From positions 1-37,575 of the IMG/VR virus record IMGVR_UViG_3300020045_010472: 37,575 bases of DNA; one strand, given 5' to 3'. The DNA comes from a virus (taxonomy: Duplodnaviria; Caudoviricetes). Made by a program: the position numbers and the translations under genes. The stretch's first letter is position 1, and the number at the start of each line of letters is the position of its first letter. Positions 28,354 through 36,047 of this stretch are shown here, piece by piece. The notes under the pieces are model-generated. The model had not been told where the DNA came from. It did not search any database and was given only the letters and a program-made list of their open reading frames with translations.

Positions 28354-28514
28354 AATTCTGATTTATTTTTATTGGTTAATAATCTTTGTTTTTTAATAAT
28401 TAATATTTCTTTATGACTTAGCGGTTTCTTATTCTTAATCGATCTCAAATATACATCAAATGATACGTAATAAAAGAAAGTTAAAAATATGCTAAAGAAT
28501 AATAGTTTTTTCAT
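28350..28514 (-). CDS. 54-aa protein with N-terminal TM segment (not in ORF track)
   Basis: MKKLLFFSIFLTFFYYVSFDVYL...; TGA overlaps the next ATG. Confidence 0.55.
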   Translation of the reverse strand: MKKLLFFSIFLTFFYYVSFDVYLRSIKNKKPLSHKEILIIKKQRLLTNKNKSEL

Positions 28515-28564
28515 GTTGTAACTTATTGATAATTAACTTTAGCGATATGAATTTTTGTATGTTA

Positions 28565-28915
28565 CGTATATATACTTGTTATACGTTCATTGCCAAAGTT
28601 GGTGTCCGCATTGAGTACAGCCTTTTGGTACATTTGATGTATAAACAAGTCCGCAACTTAAACATTCTTTTGGCAACGAAACGATAACATCAGATTGTAA
28701 CAATTTTCCATATTCAACAAGTAATTCAGACCAAAACATTCTCTCTGGATAACTTGGTTCTCCTATTATATCATTTCTTTTTAATAAGAAATTATCAGCA
28801 TTATCTATATTATTTTCCATATTAGTATTTCGTTTAAAACTGTTACAATCTGAGTACCGTTAGCAGCTATTAAAACAGTACGCTCGTTCTTCGCCTGCTA
28901 ACATTGCATAAGCCC
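28565..28915 (-). mobile_element. Array of integron attC-like inverted-repeat sites
   Basis: Perfect 13-bp IR 28690-28702/28841-28853; 8-bp IR 28859-28866/28895-28902; 17/21 IR 28577-28597/28669-28689; all bounded by TAAC/GTTA. Confidence 0.55.
28587..28820 (-). CDS. 77-aa protein with C-terminal Zn ribbon, spanning an attC-like junction
   Basis: CLSCG..CTQCG; the LLQSDV/IVSL codons coincide with an L'-R' like box. Confidence 0.65.
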   Translation of the reverse strand: MENNIDNADNFLLKRNDIIGEPSYPERMFWSELLVEYGKLLQSDVIVSLPKECLSCGLVYTSNVPKGCTQCGHQLWQ

Positions 28916-28947
28916 CATTTTCCTTAATAATTTGCCGGCTGCGAGGA

Positions 28948-29724
28948 TTAAACATACTCCACAACAGGAAGCAATGATTTAAACTCACAGGTCAACGGAC
29001 AATCAAAGCAATTTGCAATACATGGCTTTGCATCCCAGCTTTCAGATTCTATTAATACTTCTTGAGTACTTAACCATATTTCATACATCGGTACAAAGTC
29101 AGCAAGTGCCAGAGAAGTAACGAATATATCACTTTCGTTTTTTGGATTAACTACGTAAAATATAAATAGATTTTTACCACGCAACATTGAGTAATGCAGC
29201 GCCTGTATAAGATGCGGACAATGATTCAGAGCCTTATCAATTTCGCCTGATTCAAGTAATGTCATTGCGTAACGAAAGCGATCAATGTGCCAGCCGAAAG
29301 TTTCCCATTTATTACCAATAAAAGAACTACTTTTTAAATCAATAATATAACTTTCGTTTGTATCAATGTCAAGTTCACCGGAATAGTTACCTTTTTCAAT
29401 GTATTCATTAACCTTTGAAATAGTTAAACTCATTGACTTCATCCAATTTCTGAAAGTTTCTCCATGCCTTTCGAGTAGTTTAAATTCAGGCTTTGGGTTG
29501 CCTTTTTCAGCTCCAATTTTATAAAGTTCAGCAACCGGAATAACTCCATTTTTTGCAAGTAATCCGGCAGCTACAAACTGCCAATAGTTGCCCCATTTTA
29601 TAGCACTAGTTTCTTCTATTTGCGGATAATCGCAAGTTACATACATACTTTTTACTTGTAATCCACAAACATTCCCATTTAGATATTCTAAATATTTTTT
29701 TAAAAAACTTTGACTAATTTTCAT
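28948..29724 (-). CDS. PD-(D/E)xK exonuclease, Cas4-like
   Basis: ISQS, GELD, IIDLKS, Q..HY, an N-terminal Cys plus C-terminal CIANCFDCPLTC. Confidence 0.75.
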   Translation of the reverse strand: MKISQSFLKKYLEYLNGNVCGLQVKSMYVTCDYPQIEETSAIKWGNYWQFVAAGLLAKNGVIPVAELYKIGAEKGNPKPEFKLLERHGETFRNWMKSMSLTISKVNEYIEKGNYSGELDIDTNESYIIDLKSSSFIGNKWETFGWHIDRFRYAMTLLESGEIDKALNHCPHLIQALHYSMLRGKNLFIFYVVNPKNESDIFVTSLALADFVPMYEIWLSTQEVLIESESWDAKPCIANCFDCPLTCEFKSLLPVVEYV

Positions 29725-30500
29725 AACTGTATTTCTTTATTGGTTAATAATTTCATTCCTTTTGTTATTCTTATGCCTTTTCTTGCAATTCTCATTTTCT
29801 GTTTAGTTTCTTCTGTATGTTTTCTGCCAGTCATTAATATTCTCATTTTTTCTTTTGTTGATTCTGCCCGTTTATTATTGCCATTTTTTTTACGTGTTTC
29901 TTCTCTTTTTATTATTGATTCTTTTGTTAATTTTTTTCCTAATTTTTTTTGTCTTTGTTTCTCTTTGGTTTCTTCACTATGCTTCTTTCCTGTCATTGTT
30001 GTTATAGTTTTTTCTCGTCTTTCTTTTGTCCATTTTTTACCAAGTGTATTTTTATTACCTTTCAATGCTTCTCTTAATTTTTCTTTAGTTTCTTTAGTTC
30101 TTTTTTTACCTTTATTAGATAAACCTATTTTTATTTTTGTTTCTTCACTTTGTTTTTTACCCAACTGTGACTGTCTGTTTTTCTCAATTGACTCTTTTGA
30201 CATTATTGTATTATTACCACCACCATCTCTTAAATTTAAACCAAACTCATTATTAAAACATTGATATAAATCAATATAGTATTTCTCTAAATCATTGAGT
30301 TGTTCAACTTTGCATTGTTGTAATATTTCAAATTTGTGTTTTTCTGCACCGTATTTTTTTAATGAGTTTAAAATTGCATATTGTTTTTCACAAGAAAATC
30401 GTTTATATTTTAACCATCTTGTATGTATATCAACACTTTGCCCAATGTAAATCTTTTCTGAGGGACTTGTAATTTTATAAATACCTATAATTTTTTCCAT
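29721..30500 (-). CDS. Free-standing GIY-YIG homing endonuclease with NUMOD3 repeats
   Basis: GIYKITSPSEKIYIGQS, RW..Y, LEKYYI, GLN..DGG; several (H/Q)SEETK-type repeats. Confidence 0.92.
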   Translation of the reverse strand: MEKIIGIYKITSPSEKIYIGQSVDIHTRWLKYKRFSCEKQYAILNSLKKYGAEKHKFEILQQCKVEQLNDLEKYYIDLYQCFNNEFGLNLRDGGGNNTIMSKESIEKNRQSQLGKKQSEETKIKIGLSNKGKKRTKETKEKLREALKGNKNTLGKKWTKERREKTITTMTGKKHSEETKEKQRQKKLGKKLTKESIIKREETRKKNGNNKRAESTKEKMRILMTGRKHTEETKQKMRIARKGIRITKGMKLLTNKEIQL

Positions 30501-30504
30501 AAAT

Positions 30505-30618
30505 AAAAATACCCATAAAAACTACAAAGGCAGTCCGTTTGTGCGAAGTTGCACATTTGGCAATGTAATCTCTATGGGATTTTTTATATTTTTCATAACG
30601 AACTGCGAAACAAAGATA
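30505..30618 (-). promoter_or_regulatory. Promoter plus structured leader (hairpin, pseudoknot, 24-codon uORF) of the GIY-YIG gene
   Basis: TATCTTTG at 30618-30611; pairings use G.U wobbles only on the - strand; uORF 30596-30522. Confidence 0.65.
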
Positions 30619-30657
30619 GCAATTATTTTAAATATAACATTAAAAAAAAATTAAATT

Positions 30658-31323
30658 TTAATCATGTTTTTGTTTATTTTGGAGGTTAGTAATAATATTT
30701 TTTAATGCTTTTGGGTTTGCTCTTTTAATAGCAGTTTCCCATGCTTCTTTGTTTTCAATAGTGCTTGTTACAAGTAAGCGATTTGCTAGCTCCGTATCAG
30801 CTCCTGAGAGTTGCTCTGAAAGTGGTTCGTAGGTTATTTCATCACGGTTTAAACCCCTGCCGAAATACTGCCCCAAATCTTTTGCTGCATTTTTCAATGC
30901 TTCGCTTTTTGCTTTCGGGCTTCCTTTCTCAATAGCTTTGCTAGTTACCTTTGTAAAGTCAGTAGGCGCGGATCCTTTTTCAACTTCAATTGCACTTGCT
31001 CCAATACCATTACGAGTAATCCAAACTTTAAATACAGGGTGGAATACTTTTAAATCAAGGTTACAAACTACTGCATTTACAATGATACTAATAGTTGATG
31101 TTGTTTCCCAAAGTCCTGAATACACTTCGTCAAGACGGTTGCAGATAACTCCAATAGGAATATACTCTGCATTGTTTGCAAATTTATTAGTCTTTAAATC
31201 TGCTTTATTTGGCTGCGAATTTAATAAAGTCTGAAATTGCTCCGCTGATTTCAATGAGTTTATTTCATCATTCAGCGCCGGAAGGTTCTTACTTTCAAAT
31301 AGTGTCTTTTCTTCTTTTTTCAT
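30658..31323 (-). CDS. Rad52/Sak-family single-strand annealing protein
   Basis: YIPIG.I..RLDEVY, GIGA, KAKSEALKNAAKDLG..FGRGL. Confidence 0.8.
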   Translation of the reverse strand: MKKEEKTLFESKNLPALNDEINSLKSAEQFQTLLNSQPNKADLKTNKFANNAEYIPIGVICNRLDEVYSGLWETTSTISIIVNAVVCNLDLKVFHPVFKVWITRNGIGASAIEVEKGSAPTDFTKVTSKAIEKGSPKAKSEALKNAAKDLGQYFGRGLNRDEITYEPLSEQLSGADTELANRLLVTSTIENKEAWETAIKRANPKALKNIITNLQNKQKHD

Positions 31324-31329
31324 TTTGGT

Positions 31330-32106
31330 TTATTTTAAAGATTTAATACTTTGGTTAAATAACTGTTTGCGTTCTGTAACTTCACTTTTATTTATCCCTA
31401 ATGGATTTGGTACGGTGTCATCCCAAATAATATTTCCAAGTTTCATTTTTTGCGCAATACCCTTACAAGTATCTCCTACTCTTGTTGCATATTCAGAAGT
31501 TCTTCCAAGTATAATTAATAAATCAATAACCCCAGTTCTGATAAGTTCGTTTGCGTCAAGTTGAATTAAAGAGGTTTTTATTGAGTGATGTTTTTTATTT
31601 ACATCTCTCATAGCTTGAATAATTTGTTTTGTATCATATCCTAGCAAAGTAGCCCTGTAAGAATACCAATCATATTTATTATTATGCAAATCAAAATGTT
31701 TCTTTTCTACTTCTTTTTGAATAGATATTAATGTCATTGATTTGCTAATATCAATTAATGCAAATATTTGTTCGGGATTAAATAATAATCCATCCCTATA
31801 TTGCTTAAATAATAAAATACATTGATCTCTTAATTGTTTTGCAAATTGTCCTCCTGACATTAATATTACAGTTATAGCGGAATCTTCCGTTAATAAATAA
31901 TCTCTCGAAGGTCTGCCACCTGTACTTTCTGCCTTTTGGGGCAAATAGTCTTTGTCTGCTTCCATAAAAGCACGTTTAAAACTTTGCTTTACCCAGTTAG
32001 CGTATTCTTTTCTAATGCCTAATCCTTTATAAATTTCCTTTGCGGAAACAAATAAACCATCTTCATGTTTTATAATATTCATATACTTATGTATTAAATT
32101 TTTCAT
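31330..32106 (-). CDS. AntA/AntB-family antirepressor
   Basis: VSAKEIYKGLG...YANW, DY, STGGRPSRDYLLT. Confidence 0.8.
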   Translation of the reverse strand: MKNLIHKYMNIIKHEDGLFVSAKEIYKGLGIRKEYANWVKQSFKRAFMEADKDYLPQKAESTGGRPSRDYLLTEDSAITVILMSGGQFAKQLRDQCILLFKQYRDGLLFNPEQIFALIDISKSMTLISIQKEVEKKHFDLHNNKYDWYSYRATLLGYDTKQIIQAMRDVNKKHHSIKTSLIQLDANELIRTGVIDLLIILGRTSEYATRVGDTCKGIAQKMKLGNIIWDDTVPNPLGINKSEVTERKQLFNQSIKSLK

Positions 32107-32154
32107 AAAGATAGTTTACTTTTCTTAATTTACAACATAAAGTTATTAACAATA

Positions 32155-32436
32155 TCAAAATGGCAATGCATCCGGATCTTCATTTTGCACGTTCGCTTCC
32201 ACAGTTTCTGTTTTCTTTTCAAAAACTAATTCTTTACCGGAACCTACATAAACTTTTTCGGATTTAGCTTCTCGCTCCTCTTTCGTTTGATTCATATAAA
32301 CGGAATGGCTATTTCCAAACTTATCAATTTCCTTTTTCGGAGCTACACAAATTTTAGCATACCATTTATTATTTTTTTCTGATTTATTCCTTGCACTTGC
32401 AGGAATATCGCTTAAACAAATATCTACAATTATCAT
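32155..32436 (-). CDS. Putative single-stranded DNA-binding protein
   Basis: D.FGN, QTKEEREAK, YVGSGK, acidic tail ending DALPF; near the annealing protein gene. Confidence 0.6.
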   Translation of the reverse strand: MIIVDICLSDIPASARNKSEKNNKWYAKICVAPKKEIDKFGNSHSVYMNQTKEEREAKSEKVYVGSGKELVFEKKTETVEANVQNEDPDALPF

Positions 32437-32444
32437 ATTCTCAT

Positions 32445-32645
32445 TTATTTATTTACGCCACTAATCGCTGATGGCTGCGTTTGTTCGATTATAAAAAGAT
32501 TTGCCGGAACTACTGCTGCGACGCAATTATTATTAGCTGCCTTTTCAAAGTATATTACTGAAACTCCTGAATCAGTTGTTAGGACTGCTTCGCCTTTTAC
32601 CTCTCTGTATTTTCCTGTTCGGGTATAGATACGGTATGTTTTCAT
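32445..32645 (-). CDS. Hypothetical protein
   Basis: 66-aa ORF. Confidence 0.6.
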   Translation of the reverse strand: MKTYRIYTRTGKYREVKGEAVLTTDSGVSVIYFEKAANNNCVAAVVPANLFIIEQTQPSAISGVNK

Positions 32646-32806
32646 ATCTGATAATCTCCTTGTAAGTTATTAAGTTTTGTAATTTGATGCCCTAAAAATT
32701 CTGATAAATTAAATAATTCATCAGGTTTAGGGTTGAACATTTCGCCAAGAGTTGCAAATAAATCAATTGGTTGTTCTTCCGTTGGTTCTATTAGGTTTGT
32801 GTCCAT
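32642..32806 (-). CDS. Acidic 54-aa protein (not in ORF track)
   Basis: MDTNLIEPTEEQPIDLF...QGDYQI*; ATGA overlap with the next gene. Confidence 0.55.
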   Translation of the reverse strand: MDTNLIEPTEEQPIDLFATLGEMFNPKPDELFNLSEFLGHQITKLNNLQGDYQI

Positions 32807-32848
32807 CTTTTTTATTTATTAAGGTTTATAATTTATTTATTTCGTAAC

Positions 32849-32905
32849 AGTTGGTAACAGTCGATAATAGCTATTAAAACAGCGACTATCTTTGAGTTAC
32901 CAACT
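32849..32905 (-). mobile_element. Single 57-bp attC-like site
   Basis: AGTTGGTAAC/GTTACCAACT perfect 10-bp IR, inner 8/10 IR, 5-nt spacer; upstream gene stop overlaps the outer arm. Confidence 0.55.
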
Positions 32906-33002
32906 ATTCCTCATCAACTTCCTGTTCTTCCTCTTCAAACACATCATTTATCGGACTTGCAGGGCTGTTTTCTAAATCGAATGTGATACTATCGTAATTC
33001 AT
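32904..33002 (-). CDS. Very acidic 32-aa peptide (not in ORF track)
   Basis: MNYDSITFDLENSPASPINDVFEEEEQEVDEE*. Confidence 0.5.
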   Translation of the reverse strand: MNYDSITFDLENSPASPINDVFEEEEQEVDEE

Positions 33003-33228
33003 ACTGAATCTCCTTTTTTTTCATACCAACCAACATATCAAATGCTCCAACCTTACCATATTTCCGGTAAAAATTAGAACACAGCTTGATAGCTGATTGC
33101 AGTTGTTCACTTGTTACGCAACTTTTAATGGTTGCAATAACTTTTTGCCCTGCGGTTTCTTCGCTGCTTGGGGCATGGATTAATCGTGACTTTGCCCGAT
33201 TGTCCATTGCACGTAAGATTTCTTTCAT
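32989..33228 (-). CDS. Hypothetical protein
   Basis: 79-aa ORF. Confidence 0.6.
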   Translation of the reverse strand: MKEILRAMDNRAKSRLIHAPSSEETAGQKVIATIKSCVTSEQLQSAIKLCSNFYRKYGKVGAFDMLVGMKKKEIQYELR

Positions 33229-33869
33229 ATTAATTTTATTAAATTTTGGTTTTCTTTTAAAATTCTGATCTCATTAGTGTAATAATATCTTACAATAGAT
33301 TTTTCAGATTGTTTGTGGTCATTTAAATTATAAGATATTGTATAAACATTGTCAGATGCTTCAACGGTTGCGTTGCCATATGCTCGAACGGTTGCGTTGC
33401 CATATGCTTCAACGGTTGCGTTGCCATATGCTCGAACGGTTGCGTTGTCATATGCTTGAACGGTTGCGTTGTCAGATGCTTGAACGGTTGCGTTGTCATA
33501 TGCTTGAACGGTTGCGTTGTCATATGCTCGAACGGTTGCGTTGTCAGATGCTTCAACGGTTGCGTTGCCATATGCTTCAACGGTTGCGTTGCCATATGCT
33601 TCAACGGTTGCGTTGCCATATGCTAATAAAAAGCCCGATTTCACACTTACATTAACCCATACATCATTTTCATTTGCAACTTCAATAACTTGTTGCAAAA
33701 TTTCAGTATCTAATATTTTATTTTCACAACTCCAATGAAAATTGTTTTTTAAAATAGAAAATAAACTAGCAAAATTCTCACTTTGCAATACTTTTTTAAA
33801 CTCAGGCTCGCAAGCATCATTAACTTTACACCTATCAATTATTTTTGATTTAAATTCTTGAAATGTCAT
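33225..33869 (-). CDS. Octapeptide-repeat (ATVxAxxN) beta-solenoid protein
   Basis: 11 ATV(E/R/Q)A(Y/S)(G/D)N repeats after an N-terminal DAC-containing domain. Confidence 0.75.
   Translation of the reverse strand: MTFQEFKSKIIDRCKVNDACEPEFKKVLQSENFASLFSILKNNFHWSCENKILDTEILQQVIEVANENDVWVNVSVKSGFLLAYGNATVEAYGNATVEAYGNATVEASDNATVRAYDNATVQAYDNATVQASDNATVQAYDNATVRAYGNATVEAYGNATVRAYGNATVEASDNVYTISYNLNDHKQSEKSIVRYYYTNEIRILKENQNLIKLI
33348..33623. repeat. 24-bp tandem repeat, about 11.5 copies
   Basis: Unit like TTGCCATATGCTTCAACGGTTGCG with invariant AACGGTTGCG. Confidence 0.95.
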
Positions 33870-34030
33870 AATTCAACCTCCTTTTCTTTAATTATATTCC
33901 AAACCTGACCTACTGACAATTTGAATTGTTTAGCCGTTTTATGAACGGCTGCGGTCTTTTTACCCTTTAAAGCATCAGATACAATTAATCGGATTTGCTC
34001 ATTTCTTTTTTTCTTTTGTTTATTAGTCAT
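33866..34030 (-). CDS. 54-aa helix-turn-helix protein (not in ORF track)
   Basis: MTNKQKKKRNEQIR...TAKQFKLSVGQVWNIIK; ATGA overlap with the 214-aa gene. Confidence 0.7.
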   Translation of the reverse strand: MTNKQKKKRNEQIRLIVSDALKGKKTAAVHKTAKQFKLSVGQVWNIIKEKEVEL

Positions 34031-34177
34031 AAATATTAGTATTATTTATTAGCAAAGTAAAACTATTAAATTGTAGTAAAAAAATTTATTTCACATTATT
34101 ACAATACTATTTAACCTATTTGTTAATATGAAAAAAACTATTATAAAATAGTATCTGAAAGCCGTTTGTTGCGAGAG

Positions 34178-34204
34178 TAAGAAAGGGGGGATTTTCACCC
34201 CCTT
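34178..34204 (-). terminator. Intrinsic terminator after the clamp-like gene
   Basis: AAGGGGG/CCCCCTT stem with an imperfect U tract on the - strand. Confidence 0.6.
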
Positions 34205-34208
34205 AATA

Positions 34209-34754
34209 TTATACAAAATAACGATTAACACCTTCGGTAAATGCTGGCATAAGTATTGCCATCATGCCTGAATTTTCATCAGGGAAAACTACAGTACCAC
34301 CATTATTCGCTGTAAATGAAAAATTCAAAACATTTTGATTAAATATTTTTTGAATTATACCAATAAATTTAGGGGTATAAGTTACTAATCTTATTTCCGT
34401 TTCTCCTTTAATCTTTATTTCATCAATTATTGATTGTATTGAGAAAAATTCGCCATTTGGAATAGCATAATCAAAATATTTTACAATACCATTTTTATGG
34501 CAAGTTATTCCATCTTCCGCAAACTCAATCGCATCAGATTTATGTATATCCTTCCATACTTCTGAGTGAATATATTTTCCTTCAAGACAGGGGAATTGTT
34601 CTATAAAAGTTGTATTAATCCGTAAATCAACACGAACAATTATGTGTGCATTTGTTGCGGTAGCACATCCGTTTTTAATTTGTACAAGAGCCATATTAGG
34701 TCTTGATTCATCAATCATGCAAGCTAGGTGCATTGGGGGTAATTGCTGTTCCAT
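34209..34754 (-). CDS. Short sliding-clamp (DnaN)-like protein
   Basis: DESRPNM..V...ATNAHII resembles DETRPxL..V...ATDGHRL; C-terminal AILMP. Confidence 0.5.
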   Translation of the reverse strand: MEQQLPPMHLACMIDESRPNMALVQIKNGCATATNAHIIVRVDLRINTTFIEQFPCLEGKYIHSEVWKDIHKSDAIEFAEDGITCHKNGIVKYFDYAIPNGEFFSIQSIIDEIKIKGETEIRLVTYTPKFIGIIQKIFNQNVLNFSFTANNGGTVVFPDENSGMMAILMPAFTEGVNRYFV

Positions 34755-34772
34755 CTTATTTATTTATTAGGT

Positions 34773-34889
34773 TTATAATTCAATTCTCATCCACCACGTA
34801 TTCGGGTAATCTTTTTTAAGTTTGCCTATCTGCCTCAGCTTATTACGGCGTATGCGAGAATTTAGCTTGTTTATGACTTGTAATGTCAT
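34773..34889 (-). CDS. Basic 38-aa peptide (not in ORF track)
   Basis: MTLQVINKLNSRIRRNKLRQIGKLKKDYPNTWWMRIEL*. Confidence 0.4.
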   Translation of the reverse strand: MTLQVINKLNSRIRRNKLRQIGKLKKDYPNTWWMRIEL

Positions 34890-34917
34890 GCGTTGGTATT
34901 CGGAGGGGTGTAGTAAG

Positions 34918-35604
34918 TCATGTGAAATTCATTGTTAATTGTCGTTTATATTCATTGTATCTGTGAACACCTGCATTGAAATAATCGGTGTCGATTTCGC
35001 AAATATCAAAATCAAAATTTTCTTTATCACAGGCAATTGCAATACTCATGCTACCGCCGTGCGTGTCTAAAATTTTGTCATTTGGTTTTGCATATTTTTG
35101 TAAAATCCAACGGTATAAATCAATCGGTTTTTGGGTCGGGTGTATTTTATCGCCAGTTCTATTATCATATTTATAAAGTTGTGCAGGGCTGTCAAAAGAA
35201 GTCCATGCAATTTCAACTTGGCTAAAATTTTCCCACGGCTGCACCTTATCCCAAACTATAATACATCGTGTTGGCGGTAATGGAAAGTAATTTCCTCCCC
35301 AAATTATTTGATTTTTAGAAACCCTTTTCAATTCTGCAAAATATTCATCAGATGGTATTTCATTATCCCATTCACAATTTGAGGTATTTAGTTTCCTGTC
35401 TTTCAATTTACCTGCACCAGTGTTTAATCTATTCTTTTGCAACCTTTCTTCAAGTGATTTTCTGCCATTATAACCTTTTAAATTACCTTGTTTTGGTTGC
35501 CCAATTCCATAAGGCGGGTCAACAATAGCCAAATCGTAACATTTATCAGGCTTACTAGCCATAAAAGTCATGCAGTCTGTATGATGAAAGTTTATATTAC
35601 TCAT
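34918..35604 (-). CDS. DNA methyltransferase, N6-adenine/N4-cytosine (beta class)
   Basis: IVDPPY, IIWGGNYF, HPTQKP, LDTHGGSMS, CEID. Confidence 0.92.
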   Translation of the reverse strand: MSNINFHHTDCMTFMASKPDKCYDLAIVDPPYGIGQPKQGNLKGYNGRKSLEERLQKNRLNTGAGKLKDRKLNTSNCEWDNEIPSDEYFAELKRVSKNQIIWGGNYFPLPPTRCIIVWDKVQPWENFSQVEIAWTSFDSPAQLYKYDNRTGDKIHPTQKPIDLYRWILQKYAKPNDKILDTHGGSMSIAIACDKENFDFDICEIDTDYFNAGVHRYNEYKRQLTMNFT

Positions 35605-36047
35605 TTGATAGGTTTAAATACTGCTAACATACTATCGTGCATTGGGCTTTTATTGCTTACTAATTCACCTTTTGTATTATAACCGATAAATTTAATTCTG
35701 CCCTTAAAAAATCTTATGGGTTCGGTAACATTTGCAAGTATTTTTTCATGGAATAATTTTGTACTTGTTGATACAGGCAATAGCATTACAACTGTTTTGC
35801 CCTTTTTAAATTCCGATATCCCCTTTAAAATAAATGGAGTTTTTAATTCTTTTGAATAAGGAGGATTTACGAAATTACAAAATCCCCAATCTATATTTAG
35901 CCCATCCCATTTTGTGATATCATGTTTTAATGGACATGGATCAAAATTAAAATTAAATTCGGCATTTAACGGATCATAAATATAAGCAGGAGTTGCCCAG
36001 TTGTCTGAATGTGGTAAATTTCTATTTTTCATATCATTTATTTTCAC
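35601..36047 (-). CDS. Phage-type DNA N6-adenine methyltransferase
   Basis: DNWATP, FNFDPC, DGL..DW, FVNPPYS, LLPVST, FFKGRIKF. Confidence 0.9.
   Translation of the reverse strand: MKINDMKNRNLPHSDNWATPAYIYDPLNAEFNFNFDPCPLKHDITKWDGLNIDWGFCNFVNPPYSKELKTPFILKGISEFKKGKTVVMLLPVSTSTKLFHEKILANVTEPIRFFKGRIKFIGYNTKGELVSNKSPMHDSMLAVFKPIK

Noticed and set aside
28948-29724. CRISPR-Cas locus suggested by the Cas4-like nuclease
   Set aside because: No cas1/cas2, effector or array; solo Cas4-like exonucleases near annealing proteins are ordinary phage recombination genes
29710-30264. 184-aa hydrophobic + strand ORF as a membrane protein
   Set aside because: Antisense shadow of the Lys/Glu-rich NUMOD3 region; the same applies to 10987-11218 and other antisense ORFs inside confident genes
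29721-30657. Group I intron carrying the GIY-YIG gene
   Set aside because: Flanking genes look complete and the non-coding part (about 155 nt) is too short for a ribozyme core
33348-33623. CRISPR array
   Set aside because: Units are contiguous with no unique spacers and encode an in-frame peptide repeat
33323-33738. Alternative-frame ORFs 33323-33619, 33338-33655 and 33517-33738
   Set aside because: By-products of the stop-free 24-bp repeat
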